Source: Peribolospora baueri (Eukaryota). Taken from it: a DNA stretch of 64,000 nucleotides. Under the pieces are notes generated by a model. It was given only the letters and a program-made list of their open reading frames with translations. It was not told the DNA's origin and made no database searches. The stretch lies in assembly GCA_029717555.1 (NCBI GenBank), contig JAMDHS010000049.1:1-64000 (forward strand), read 5' to 3'. The position numbers were made by a program, and so were the translations under genes. Positions 1 through 12,255 of the stretch are shown one piece after another (the stretch's first letter is position 1; each line of letters begins with the position of its first letter).

Positions 1-359
1 GTGATCGAGCGAGACTTCTTTCGATATAGCTTTGTTGTCTGTCATCTCCCAACCCTCTCACACCTGTCTACTTTTTCATACCTGTGCAGCTAATTTGCCA
101 TCACTTCTCCCCAGTTTTTGACATTCCATGCCTGAGGCTTGGTATTTTTTTTTTCTTTTCCATGCTTGGCTGAGCCTTGGTTTCCCCATTTCCAGCATGG
201 AGGTGTCAAGGAGGTGTATGAGGAGGGGGAGACTGGACTGGGATGGGCTGCTGGAGTTGCTAGCTTCTTTCCTCCTTGCTCAGGTTGTGAAAAGAGGCAA
301 AGGACAAGGGTGCTAGAGTTCCCATTCCAAATTTTCATTTTCATTTTCATTTTTTTTTT

Positions 360-551
360 GCACCCTTAATTAACATTCAGGCTGTCAAAGACTGCAGAGA
401 GGTATCTATATTCTACAATAACGTGTCTATATTCTACAATAACGTGTATATTCTACAGTAACGTGTCCTTATTCTATAATAACATGTCTATATTCTACAT
501 TAACGGGTCCAAGAATTCTTCGGAGGCTTTTGGCAAACATGCCGTGCTCCG
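360..551 (+). mobile_element. Isolated 'A end' of a dispersed non-coding element (copy 1)
   Basis: GCACCCTTAATTAACATTCAGGCTGTCAAAGACTGCAGAGAG, then a 21-bp array, then TTTTGGCAAACATGCCGTGCTCCG. Aligns by eye with ~20685-20907 (+) and ~15080-15205 (-). Confidence 0.8.
402..504 (+). repeat. 21-bp tandem array, type A (consensus GTGTCTATATTCTACAATAAC), 5 units
   Basis: Units at 402-422, 423-443, 444-462 (19 nt), 463-483 and 484-504. Confidence 0.95.
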
Positions 552-1472
552 CGATAGCGTCCATCAAGACATGAATTCCAAGCTTTACTGTAGAGTATGT
601 ACTGGTCATAACACAACCATGTTCAAGAAGAAGCGTGTGCAGAAAAGAATTGTCGAAGAGGTTTGTTTACGCTGCTCGTTGACATGTTCTTTGAAAGAGA
701 TGGTGAAACGCGGACAAGCATCCACGTGTAGTAATGCTAGAACTAGCGGTGGATGGACGAAAGTGTACGTTACTGGTTCGTTGTTGTTAATGAGAGCATA
801 CAAAGGGGGAAACCGCACCTAGATTACAACGCGGCACCAATCTCCATGAGGATGCACGTGACCCTCAACCGTTGTTGGAGATTGGCGGCGACGAGTATCG
901 TGGTTATGCGGCGGAAAGCGGACTGACTATGTAGACGGCTGCGCCGTTACTGCGGTTTCCCTCAGCCCCTTTTCCTCTTCCTCTCGGGGCCTTATCTTTG
1001 TATGGTACAATCGTCTTCGACAATCACACAGGACCAGTAAGGTCGACCTCCGTCCATCCCGTAAGTTCAACTATTGATCACAACCGTAATTAATGCGTGA
1101 CGAGTGGGCATAACTGGTAAGGACGGCACCGTTGTCAGTGCTATGCAATATGCGGTATGTTTAGTATGCATATAGACCGGTGTTTTGGCTGGGGAACAAG
1201 CGAGAAAGGGAGATAGCTATGCACTATGCGAAGGCATACCTATGGACACATATGCTAACAGACAGGGTTGACTGTACTTCCTTGACCAGATCATTGTCCC
1301 AATTGATCGTCTTCCTTGTCGACAACACTCGTGTATGGAAAAGGAGACGCCTTCGCACGATGAGTACGTAGAATAGCAGGTGAACAACCCCTACTCGACA
1401 ACGACGACTTCCAGTAGACGCCCTCTAGTACACGCGACAAGCAGACTGGACGACCGCCATCAAACCCACACG

Positions 1473-2676
1473 ATGACCGGGACCGACTCGCCAGGTGTGC
1501 CTTCTGCCACCACCACCAACGACGTCCTCCTTTCCGTCTGCGTCTTCTGCGGCAGCTCCCCTGGCGCTCGTCCCACCTTTTCTGCCGCCGCCGCCTCTTT
1601 GGGCGCCGCAATCGCAAAGAGGGGGTTGGGGCTCGTTTATGGAGGAGGAGAGAAGGGCATGTGAGTTTGCTCATCGGGGAGCCGGCGAGACGCCCATCGA
1701 CGACGACGCTAGCCAGCTGGGCTTGTGGCTCGCCGTACTGGATGACCACCTGACCCATCATTTCTTGTTCTCGCCTGCGTCGCTTGGTGTCCAACGCAAT
1801 TTCTTTCTGATGACACAACCGTCAGCATGGGCGTCGTCTCCGCCTCAGCGCTCTCCCACGGCTCCGCCGTCACCGGCATCATGCCTCGCGCCATGGCTGC
1901 TTCCTCCTCCGTCTCTTCGGCCGTACAAGTCTCAGCCGAAGGCACCGGCCCTTCCGTCCTCCCCGCCACCGCCACCGACCCCCTAGATGCACAGAGACGC
2001 CCAGGAGAGATGCGCACGGAAGTGGTGGAGAGCATGCACGAGCGCAAGACTCGGATGGCCGAGCTGAGCGCCGGCTTCATCGGCCTTCCCGGTGGCTTTG
2101 GCACCTTTGAGGAGATGTGGGTTCGGATTCGCTCGTGTCCTCCCTCCTGAGTCAAGTTGGACTGAATGAACGCTGACCTGAACCACTGGTTCCTTGTCGT
2201 CAGTCTGGAGATGGTGACATGGAGCCAGATCGGGATCCATCGCAAACGTAAGTTGTCCGCCTCCCGCCGTTCGCCTCTTCCTTGTTTTCCTCTGCCGCCG
2301 GTCCGGCGAACTTGCCCGCTCATTTTCCCTCTTCCTTCTTTTCCTCCTCCTTTTCGGCCTCGTTTCCCTCCCTCCAGCCGTCGTCCTTCTCAACGTCGAC
2401 GGCTTCTTCACCCCTCTCCGTGACCTCGTCACCACCGCCGTTCGTGCGGGCTTCATCGCACCGGAAAACGCCTCCCTACTCCACTTTGTTGATGAGCCCG
2501 CCACTCGTGGGTCCGATGCCTCGGGAGAGGCGACGCCGGATTGGGGGGACGCCGCGCTGGAGGCGCTCTTGGGCGCCAGAAGGCAGTGGGAGGAAGGAAC
2601 CAGGGCCGGGGTATACAAGTTCGACTGGAGCCAGAAAGAGGAGGGCGCGAGGCGACTGGGATTGGAGGACAGTTGA
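1473..2676 (+). CDS. LOG-family nucleotide/cytokinin riboside 5'-monophosphate phosphoribohydrolase (4 exons)
   Basis: Spliced translation has [56 protein letters not shown] introns; TGA at 2674-2676. Confidence 0.92.
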
Positions 2677-2945
2677 GTGGGCCCATGAATGGAGTGGTCG
2701 GCTTCGTTCGTTTTGGTGTAGGGATTGCGTTCGGCACATAGAGTCGCACGCGACGGACGTTATCTCGTCTCGGGCGTTTCTTGCCAGCTGGGATCGTCCA
2801 AGAGGGCGGACTATACATACATGCGGCTTGCACAGATCCTTAAAATCAGTTCATCCAGCGAAACCTCTTACTCGGAGTGAAAAGAAGGACCCTCTCCGAG
2901 AGGCGTTCCTGAGCGACGAGATCTGACGTGACTTCGCTCGATCTA

Positions 2946-5238
2946 TCACAGCCCTTTCCTCGATCTTATTTTCTCTGTGTGCCCTTCGAACACCCGTCGC
3001 ACTTCGTCGAGGTACGCGGCGTCGTTGAGGTCCCGCATCATACCTGCGCAGCGCATGGCGTGACGGCGGCGGAGGCAAACAAAATTTAAGCGCGAGCGGT
3101 CAACGCTTCTGAAGGTGTCGCACGAGTAGATCGGCACATAAATGGATGGATGGATGGATGGATGGATGGATGGATGGGGACACACCTTCGGCAACAGCGA
3201 GCGTGTCTCCAGGCGCATACTTATCCCAGAACGCGTGGTCGGGAATCTCCACTTCCTCGTCTTCCCCGACGGCTAGCGCATCGAGGTCGCCTCCGTCTGG
3301 TGCTGGCGTTGGAGCTCTGCCGGACGCGGACGAACCCGAACCCGAGCCCGAGCCGTCGGGCCGCCGATCGTTGACATCGCCGCCGTGATTGGGAGAAGAC
3401 CGGCCTAGGTCCCGTCCCAGCACTCTCGCAGTGATGGCCGCCCACACCCTGGCGGCGTTCGGAGCTACATAGCCTCCTCCGCCGAGCAAGAGCACCTTTG
3501 CTCCGCGACCAGAACCGGCACCGGGAACGGGGGTCGGACGGCGCCTCGCCTCGTCGACCAACGCCTGCACGGCGGCGACGAGCCCGTCCGAACCGAGGTT
3601 CCACTCCGCGCAGGGGTCGCCGGCCAGTCCGTCCGCTCCGCACTGGACAACAAGGGCATGCGGGTCGTAGGCGCGGAGAATGGGGAGGACGGAAGAGCGG
3701 ATGGCATTGAGAAGGGTATTGGAGGATGCGCCGTGAAGAAGGGGGAGGGAGAGGGCGTGGAAGGAAGCAGGGGACGGGATAGGAGGGCCGGAGGGAGCAT
3801 GGAGGGAGCCTGGAGGTCCGCGACGCGAGGGCTGGCCTCGAGAATTCTTGTCTGCACCGGCGACGTTGGTGCTGGCGGCGGGCGGGACGAAGGGCGCGAG
3901 AGGACTTGGGAAGAAGCCGGGGGCGTGGAAGTGGACGGAGAGAGTAAGAACGGATGGAGTGTGGTAGAAGGCTTCTTCCACGCCTGACGGTGAACCGGCG
4001 ACGGGGCGGAAGGGGGGCCGGTGCCAAATAGAAACGCGTCTCGTGAGCCGAGGGCGCTTCGTCATTCGCTTTGGAGACGGGAGGGGAGCGACACATGCGG
4101 CCCGTCATTTACTCACCGTCGCCGTGATGAAGGTCCAGGTCGACGTACATGACCCGCTCGATCCGTTCGGCACATCCGACGCTGCCCTTTCCCCCTCGCG
4201 TTTCACCGACGGTCTTGCTCTTCGGCCGAGGTTTCTTGAGCTCTAGGATGGCGAGCACGACGTCGTTGATGTAGCAGAAGCCGCTCGCTTGGGATTTCTT
4301 CGCATGGTGTCTGGCATGGAAAGGCCGAAGACGACCAAACAGTCGGAAAACGTGAGCCCCGTCCGGACGCCCGTCGAGACGCGTAGGAAAACAGAAAGCC
4401 CACCTGCCCCCATCCCAGACGATGGCCACGTCCGCCCTGTCCTCTACGAGCTCGCGAGCCGCCGAGATAGCGGCGCCGGCAAGGTGCGTGACGTACGTGG
4501 AGAGAAGTGGGAAAGATGGGCAGTCCTGCCGGTAGGTCGAAGGGTCGTCAGCACGTACGTCCACGGGAAGGCGGAGGAGGGCTCGCAAGGCCGGCCATTC
4601 CCGCTCACATCTTCGAGACCATACCGCTCCGTCTTTCGTCTCTTCCTCCTCGGCGCCCGGCCCCCTGCCCTCGCATCTTCTCCGCCGTCCCCCTCCGAAC
4701 TCGACTCCGAGTCTGAGTCCGAGCTCGAGTATGGAAAGGGCCGACCACCGAGCGAGGACGGAATGCCTGCCCGCCCTGCCGACGCACCATGGCTTCCCTC
4801 AGCTCCAGACGCGTTTCGAGGCGCTGTCCCCCCGTTGCCATAAGAGTGGACGGGACGGAGCAAGAACCGGACGTAGGTCGGGGAGTGGAAGGCTGCCAAT
4901 CGGCGTTCGTCCGCCGGCTCTGGGATGATCAGCTTGGCCCGAGCCTTCTCCTCCTCCTCCTCGTCCTTCTCCCCCTCCGTCGCTTCGCCCCCCTCCACAG
5001 CAGCCAACAGCTCGGCGCGCCGCTCGCAGTCGACGTCCGAAACGTCGAGCAAGCCAAAGGCGTGCACGAGCGAGTGGACGAGGAGGGAGCGGCCCGGGTT
5101 GGAGGGGAGGGTGTTGGCGGCGCGGAGGAGGAGGGGAGAGAGATGGTAGGTTGTTCGGGGGGGAGGGAGGGGCGTTGCTGCGGGGGTGGATATGGGCGGC
5201 GGTCGGACGGCTGTGGCTGTGGTGGCTGTGGTGGTCAT
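2946..5238 (-). CDS. Class I histone deacetylase, Hos1-like (5 exons)
   Basis: Motifs [72 protein letters not shown], GGGGY. Catalytic residues appear intact. Start codon inferred. Confidence 0.9.
3142..3177. repeat. (GATG)n microsatellite in the last HDAC intron
   Basis: About 9 tandem ATGG units. Confidence 0.9.
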
Positions 5239-5748
5239 GGTCGTCGACGACGGTGGGTGGGTGGCTCGTGCGCACGCGTTTGTTCTCTCCGACGTCCTAC
5301 AAGGTGTTAGGAGAGACGTCGTGCGGTGATAAGAGAAGACGTCGTGCGAGACCCGTGAGACAATGGTAGGAAAACACTTCTTCTTCCCTTCTTCTCTCCC
5401 TCCTTCTTCCAAAGTTTACCTATGCCTAGTTGCGACTCGAAGATGGCGGCGCCCCCCAGCTCCCCCTCCGCCGCTTCGCTTCTCGCGAGGAAGGTGGCTG
5501 GAGGCAGAGCATCACGTGACGTTGAAGTGGGTGAGCAGGAGAACAGACGAAGGTGACACGATATCGATGCATAGAGACGGGCAGGTCAGGTCAGGAGAAT
5601 ACCTTAACACGGCTGAGGGGGGCGCTACCTAACACATGAGAGAAAGAGAATGACAACAGAACGAGGCGAGGGGCGAGGAGAGAGGGCGAGAAGGCCAGAA
5701 GGAAGAACGAACCGAGGCGACGAGGTAAGGCGAGAGAGAGGAGGGACG

Positions 5749-5796
5749 AGAGCGACTCGAGCAAGGACAAGAGCGACTCGAGCAAGGACAAGAGCG
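5749..5796 (+). repeat. 21-bp direct duplication AGAGCGACTCGAGCAAGGACA, about 2.3 copies
   Basis: Exact copies at 5749-5769 and 5770-5790, plus a partial third; intergenic. Unrelated in sequence to the element arrays. Confidence 0.85.
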
Positions 5797-6172
5797 CGGT
5801 GACCGGTGATATCAGACACCAGCGGGGTATCATCCATATCACCATCCAGGGAATCCGGAGATTGGCGCGACGGACGAACGCGAAGCGTGTCTGGCGAGGA
5901 AAAAAAAGGAGAGGTTCGGCGGGACGAGAGACGGTGACGATGGCGGCACGAGCAGGCAAGAATACCAAACGGACGGGTAACAAAAGGAAGACAGAAGAAG
6001 ACGAAGCTGTCATCGCGCCTGCTTAACGGGGCGAGATTGTATCGAGAAAAGAACCAGAGTTCCACGAAGCGGCGCTGTCGAAGAGGCGCGCGCAACATAC
6101 CACACCAACACCCAGACCCAGATCACCAGCACCGTCTGACCATCCACCATCCGACGACCCCAACGGGCGCAC

Positions 6173-8611
6173 TCAATACCCGCCGCCATACAAGTCGACG
6201 CCGCCGTCAAATCCAAAGCTCTCAAAGCCCTGCAGGACAAAGTTGTCGCCCGCGGCGAGGCTTCCAAAGAGGTATTGGATGAGATTCTGGTCGTCGTCGG
6301 CGAAGCGCGTCGTGCCCTCTTGGTCGTCACCGAGGAGGGCACCGCTGGGGGGATGATGGGGTTGAGGTGGTTGTGGTTGGGCCACAGGAGCGAAGGCGGG
6401 GGCCGGGGGGAAGGTGGGGTGGGAGGTGGTGGCGAGGTGGGGTGCCGGGGGGGCGTGCGCATGCGTGACGGAGGCGGCAGACATGCCGTCAACGCCCGAT
6501 GGATAAGGGGCGCCGTTGCTGGCGGGAAGGAGCAGGTGCTGGCCGGAGTGGAGCGTTTGAAGTGCCGAGACGGCAGAGAGATCCACGTCCAGCCGAGATT
6601 CCGACGGCGGGGGGAGGAGCCTGCTCGCGAACGGGGAGTACGAAATCAGCGGTCAGCCTATCCGAAGAGCACCATGTGTTGAGGTTGGATGAGGTGGATA
6701 GGAAGGTAAAAAAAAAAAAAAAAACCAAAGACCCACGAAGCATCTGCGCCGCCCCTCGTCTCTTCCTCCCCGGCAGGACTCCTGGCCCTCGTCGGCGCCA
6801 CGGACGCGTTCCCGGACCCAGGAGCAGGCGGCCAACCAAGACCGACGTCCTTGCCCATATTCTTTAGCGTTCTCGCCAAGAAGCCGCACAGTGCGGTCTC
6901 GCTCTTGTCGTTCTTCTCCAGCGTCTCGACGGCTTTACGGACGTATTCACCGCATATCTCGTCTGAGAGGCCGAAGCGGGCTGCTCCGTCGAGGGAGAGG
7001 AGGGAGGGGGCGCGAGTGAGGCGCATGAGCGTCATGGCGGCGGACGCGAGGGCGAGGATGATATAGTCGGGCGCGTACGCCAGCTCTCCGTCCGTCTCGC
7101 CTGCGTCGAAATGGATGGAGATGATGGTGATTGACGCCTTGATGGCGCCGTCGACGGCCGCGTGGAGGTGACGCTTGACGCCAAACTCGTCCGTCGCGTC
7201 GACTAGGGGACGACCGTCGAGATCGGGCGTGACCGCAGACGGTGACGAGTTGACCTTGCGAGCCAAGGGGGCAAAGGCCTTCATGGCAAAGGAAGAGTGG
7301 CAGATGCGCACGTGCTCGGCGTACAGCCTGGCGGTGCGCTGGAGGGGATGTACCAACGTCTGTTCGGAGCGGAACCAGAGCCACTTCTTGTTCCACGCGT
7401 CCAACCGGTCGCTCAGGCTGGCGAGTTCCAACTTGACTCGGGCAAAGTTGTGGTCGTCCCGCTGGCCGCCGTGCTGCGACCCGTCGTGGCCGTCGCCGCG
7501 GCTGGGAGAAGCCAAGCGGGCCTTGTACCATTCGACGAGCTCGACGAGTTCGTGGCCGATGAGGGCGAGCTCGAGCTGCGAGGCGATGAAATGATCACCG
7601 CTCTTGCGTGACAGGTCCTCGGGCCCCTCGTCCGAGGGAGACGTGGCGGCGAGCAGAGAACGCGTCTCGAGGGCGTCGGCCGGATGGGAGGGCGTAGGTG
7701 GACGGCCGAAGCCGAGACTGGGGCTGCGGCCGAGGAAAGAGGACGGAAGGAAAAGAAGGAGAACGACGAAGACGTCAGCTCAGTCAACAAACGAGTCGCG
7801 CTAAAGGGAATAAAAAAGACGAGTGGGGAGCGCTCGCTCACAAGACGTCGAAGGCGCACGCCATGAGCCACACGCGCCTTCGCTCCTTCCACAACCGATC
7901 ATTGGATATTCGAGCCGTGTTCATACCCAATCTGCGGATCATGGATCCGTGGTCGAAAGGGGCCAAGTCGTCGTCAGTATCGACGTCCCGCACCGCCGTG
8001 GAGGCAGCTAGGACGAAGGAAGGAACGGAGGGTAGAAACGACGGCAACGGACAAACGAAACGCACCGTTTAGCAGTGCGAAAGGCGTGTCCCATCAAGAG
8101 CCAGGCATCGGGACCTTCTCCGTTCGCTCGTAGGCCCCAGGCGGCGAGTATCATGATGGCTGCCGGCAGGAGGGGATGGGAGATTAGAACGGACGGTGAA
8201 AACGGAAATTGAAGTGCCCCGCCAACGCTCAACTCACCCTGCACGTCCTCGAGTATATGGCCCTTCCTCATCAGACTCTCCCCCAACCCTCTCTCCGCCG
8301 CCTCTACCAAGCCCTCCCTCACCGGGTCCGGCAGCCCTAGCCCAAGGCCGATGTACCTGCTGGCCAGAGCGCACACGACGGTCTGAAGAAACGGGCTTCT
8401 CTTGCGCACGTACTCTGCCGCCTGGGCCGAGGGGAGGGATGCGGGTGGGGAAAGGATGGGGAGAAAGGGGTGCATGTGGAGGATGAAGAATTGGTGGAGC
8501 TCGAAAGCGACAGAGGATGTGAGGATGTGCTCCGCCGTGGCACGGCGGGCGCGCGCGGAGGAGGCGATGGAGAAGGACGAGGGTGAGGTGCCGTCCGGTC
8601 CTTGGTGGTCG

Positions 8612-8646
<35 letters not shown>

Positions 8647-10409
8647 GCCCCTCACCGCTCCTATGCCGACGCCCACCCCCACGCCGACGCCGACGGCCAT
8701 ACCAGACACGTCCAACCCCACCCCGCCGTGGCCGTCTATCTCATCGTGTCCGTCCGCACCGTCCTCGCCGACAGGACTGGCGCGTCTGCTGACCTCACGG
8801 TTCTCGTACACACGCGGGTCCTCGACGCAACTGTGAAACGGTGGCGACCAGTGCTCGGGCTGGTCCTCGGCGAAGAACCTGGCGCGCGTCGCACGGGGCG
8901 TCGCTGTGGGCGTCGTGGAGCGATACGGCGCCTCGCCAGGCGCCGTCCGAGGAGCGGCGGTGGACAAGGGACCGCTGGACACGGCGATCGTCGACCCGCC
9001 GCCAGCGGCAGCAGCAGCGGCGGTGGCGGCGGCGGCGGACGCGGAAGCGGAGGCGAACGGAGATGGGATCTGACCGTTGCTGGTGTTCGTCGCCGCCGAC
9101 AGCGCCACTTCGTCCTGGGGCGGGTGCGGAGAGGCAGAGTCCATGGTCGTCTCGGCGGAGAACAATCTCGAGGGCTCGGGCCTGCCATTGGGGACCGCGT
9201 CGCTCTGCCTCGTGTCAGAAGGGCTGCTTCCGTTCTCCTCTGACGTGGACGTCTTGTCCTCTCCTCTTCCTCCCCGTTCTCTCCGTCTGACCGTCTTCTC
9301 CTCTTTCCCACTCCGTTCTTTTCCTCGTTGCTTGTCCTCTGGATTCAACAGCGCGATGGAGCCGGTGAGGGAGCCGACGCCAGTGTCGGCGCCGGCGCCG
9401 CCAGTGAGGAGCTTGACGAGCGTGGAGACGGAGGTCTCGAGCGAGCGCAGACGGTCGTCGATGATCGAGTTAGCGGCGTCGGCGGCTGTGGCGTACTCGC
9501 ATGGTACACGAAGGCGGACGCAGCGCGCGCAGGGATGGCCACCCTGAATGGTGTGGATCGCGTGAATTGCGTGAATTGCGTGAGAAGAGAAGAGAGATCA
9601 GAGGGGCACAGGACAGATGGCGACGGCACGGAATACATGCGCATGATTCTGCTCACCTGGCACTTGAGCTTCTGACTCTTACACCTGTTACAAGCCCTCT
9701 GGGCCCTCCTACTGTACTCCTTGTGGCCCTCCTCCTTTTCCTTTTCCTTCTCCTTCTCCTTCTTTACCTTCTTGTTCGCACTCGCCACGGACTGCATCTC
9801 CTGCCCGTTCCCGTTGACCTGGAGCTCGTGTCCCGACGCGCTCAACGTCCTGGCGGCGGTGGCGACTGCGGTGGCCGCGCCCGATTGGGGAACCTTGTCG
9901 GCCCGTCCGTTGCGCAGGGCGCCGTCGTGTTCGGCGAAAAGAGAACGGTCTGTGACGTCGCTCGCCTTGCGCTTGCCCTTGGATCCCTCGGCAGCGGGCA
10001 TTCCGATACTGCGGCGTCGGGGCGAGGGAGAAGACGAGGCCGGGGGCCCGTCGTCGGTCTGGCGTGATCGCGACCGGGGCTGCGACTGCGGGCGTGCGTG
10101 GTTGGTGCCGTTGGCCTTGGGCTTGGCCTTGGTCCGCCTGGACGAAGAGGAGGGCGGTGGCGGGAGGGAGATAGACGGTGGGGGAGGGGGCGGAGTGGAG
10201 CCAGGCCAAGCGGCTGGCAGGCCGGTGGGGTGGGGCTGAATGGCAGGCTGTGGGGGAGCGGGCTGGGTAGAGGGAGGGAGGGAGGGAGCGGGCTGGGGGG
10301 GATGTGGGTTCAACTCGGGGTAGTTGTTGTAGTGGTAGGCGGGGGGCAGAACGGAGGAGAGTGGAGGGAGGCGCTGAGCATAGGCGGAGGGCATAGGCGG
10401 GATAGCCAT
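6173..10409 (-). CDS. Zn(II)2Cys6 fungal transcription factor with middle-homology region (multi-exon)
   Basis: RACNRCKSQKLKCQ, intron, GGHPCARCVRLRVPC form the binuclear cluster. Later exons give FFILHMHPFLPIL, RSPFLQTVVCALASRY, DAWLLMGHAFRTA and ERRRVWL. Start codon and internal junctions are approximate. Confidence 0.88.
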
Positions 10410-11953
10410 GGCCGATCGTGTCGTCGCGTCGATAACGACGATACGACGATGACGGCAGCGGCGGCGGCGTCGGCGGCGACGACGACGGACTGCGGGTAGC
10501 GGGTCGTTCCGGGCAGCGATCAATTCGTCAAACTCAAGTAGGGCGAGACGGGCGATGATGAATGCGATGGAGGGACGGAAGCGGATGGTACCCGGGGGGG
10601 GCGATGGGATCAGGGAGGGTATGTATGAAAAGGTATCGTGTCGTGGTGGAGGTCGTATCTGTATTCGTTTCCGTCTTCGTCTTCGTCGAGCAGGTCGACG
10701 TGGGCCGTTGTGGGAAGGATGCGATGGGATCGGCGGAGGTGGTCGAGAGGGGTCGTAGGATGCAAAACAGGGGCGAGCAGGAAGGAGGTGGGAGGGGAGG
10801 GTGGTCTTGTCGTGTCGTAGTATCGTGTCGTCTTGTGTCGTCTCGTCTCGGCGGGCGTATGGTGGAGGTAGATGGGAAGGAGGAGGGCGGCGGCGGCGTT
10901 GGTGTTGGTGGCCAGCGGTCGGTCGACACTCGACTGTGCTCAACTCTGCGCTTGTCGACGGTGGTCAACGATGGTCGACTCGACTCGACTCGACTCGACC
11001 CGGCGATAGCGAGGAGGCGACGGACGAGATGGAGATGGTGGAGAGCGATCAACCCACACGATCGCCGCCGACGCGATGGGACGGCTAATAAAAATAATAA
11101 TCTACGAATCTAATAATCGCCCAACAACACGCCGATATACCAAATCGTTCCCGTCTCCGTCCGTAATAACCATCGTTCGTTAACCCTGCCTTGCCCCTCC
11201 TCCACCCCGGCCGGCCGCAACCCAATCCAATCCAATCCAATCCTCGCGGATGTCCTATTGGACGTATTTTCAAATCTCCTTCGCTTCCACTTTCCACCCC
11301 GCGCCCCTGACCTGACACTTGCCATCCATCCCGGCCGCCGCATCCGCTCGTCACAGACCTGGGATCTGGGGCCCTGCCGGCAACAGAACGCAACGTGCAG
11401 CGCAGCGTAGCGTGAGCGTGACAAGCAAGACGCGACGAGACGAGGCAAGAAAAACGTCTCTTCCATCTCAGTCGCAGACCATCCGCCGACGGCGAGCTAG
11501 CGACCGATAAGATAACTAACTTGCGTACTCCTTCCTGACATCAGCACCGCCTTTACCGCCCCGCAACGGCAGCCAGGCACCGACCCGACCGCGCCACAAG
11601 CAAGCGTGCCTGACTCGGCCAGCCAACCAGCCAGCCGCGCTCACGACACGCCGTCGCGACGACCCGTACGCCAGCCGTATCACCACGACCTCCCCCTTCC
11701 AGCCATGATGTAAACCAGATGCAGCCGTCAGTTTCGCTAAGGAGTGGGAGTGAGCCCAGATCACCCGTCTCGCATCGGTATGAATGAAGCGATGGCTCCG
11801 TCACTGAATTGCACCCGCGTAAAGTATGACCACCAACGCACCTGTCATACGCGCCGGGAAGCAATAACCATTAATCGATCGTTCCGCGCCGATCGGCACG
11901 GAAAGGAGAAAAAAGAAAGGAGAAAAAAGAAAGGAGAAAAAAGGAAAAAATTG

Positions 11954-12043
11954 TGGAGAAGCTGGAAGTCGAATCCAGGACCTCGTGCACACAAGCGAAT
12001 TCAGGTGCTAAGCACGCGCTCTAACCAACTGAGCTACATCCCC
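11954..12043 (-). tRNA. tRNA-Ala(AGC) with a 16-nt canonical 37/38 intron
   Basis: Reverse complement GGGGATG TA GCTC AGTTGGTTA GAGC G CGTGC TTAGCA [CCTGAATTCGCTTGTG] T GCACG AGGTC CTGGA TTCGACT TCCAG CTTCTCC A. Has the G3:U70 Ala identity pair and a T6 Pol III terminator just downstream. Confidence 0.95.
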
Positions 12044-12255
12044 GCTGTGTTCGCTTCCCGCAAATTACCCATTAGACTCACATGCACACTGGAAATAAGT
12101 AGCACCGCCTTCACCGACAGTCACGAAAAGATGAACTCTTGCAGTGTGATGAGGTACGACACGAAACGATATAATAGGATAATAATGTACGAAAAGACAG
12201 CGTTTCAGACAAAGACCGGCCGGTCGGTAACGTATAGCACAACACAGCCCCCTGG

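Noticed and set aside
402..504. 21-bp arrays as a CRISPR-like array
   Set aside because: Units are head-to-tail with no unique spacers, the context is eukaryotic, and there are no cas-like genes.
552..1400. Lower-GC stretch with short ORFs and TATG-rich motifs, possible transposon relic
   Set aside because: No recognisable domain, termini, TSD or second copy in the window.
8612..8700. (GGCAAC)n and related repeats
   Set aside because: Ordinary low-complexity coding repeats (PLPLPL, VGVGVG) in the transcription factor.
11954..12043. A53:U61 pair and U6:U67 mismatch suggesting a tRNA pseudogene
   Set aside because: The cloverleaf, intron position, G3:U70 pair and terminator are intact. From memory, similar features occur in other fungal tRNA-Ala(AGC) genes (not verified here).
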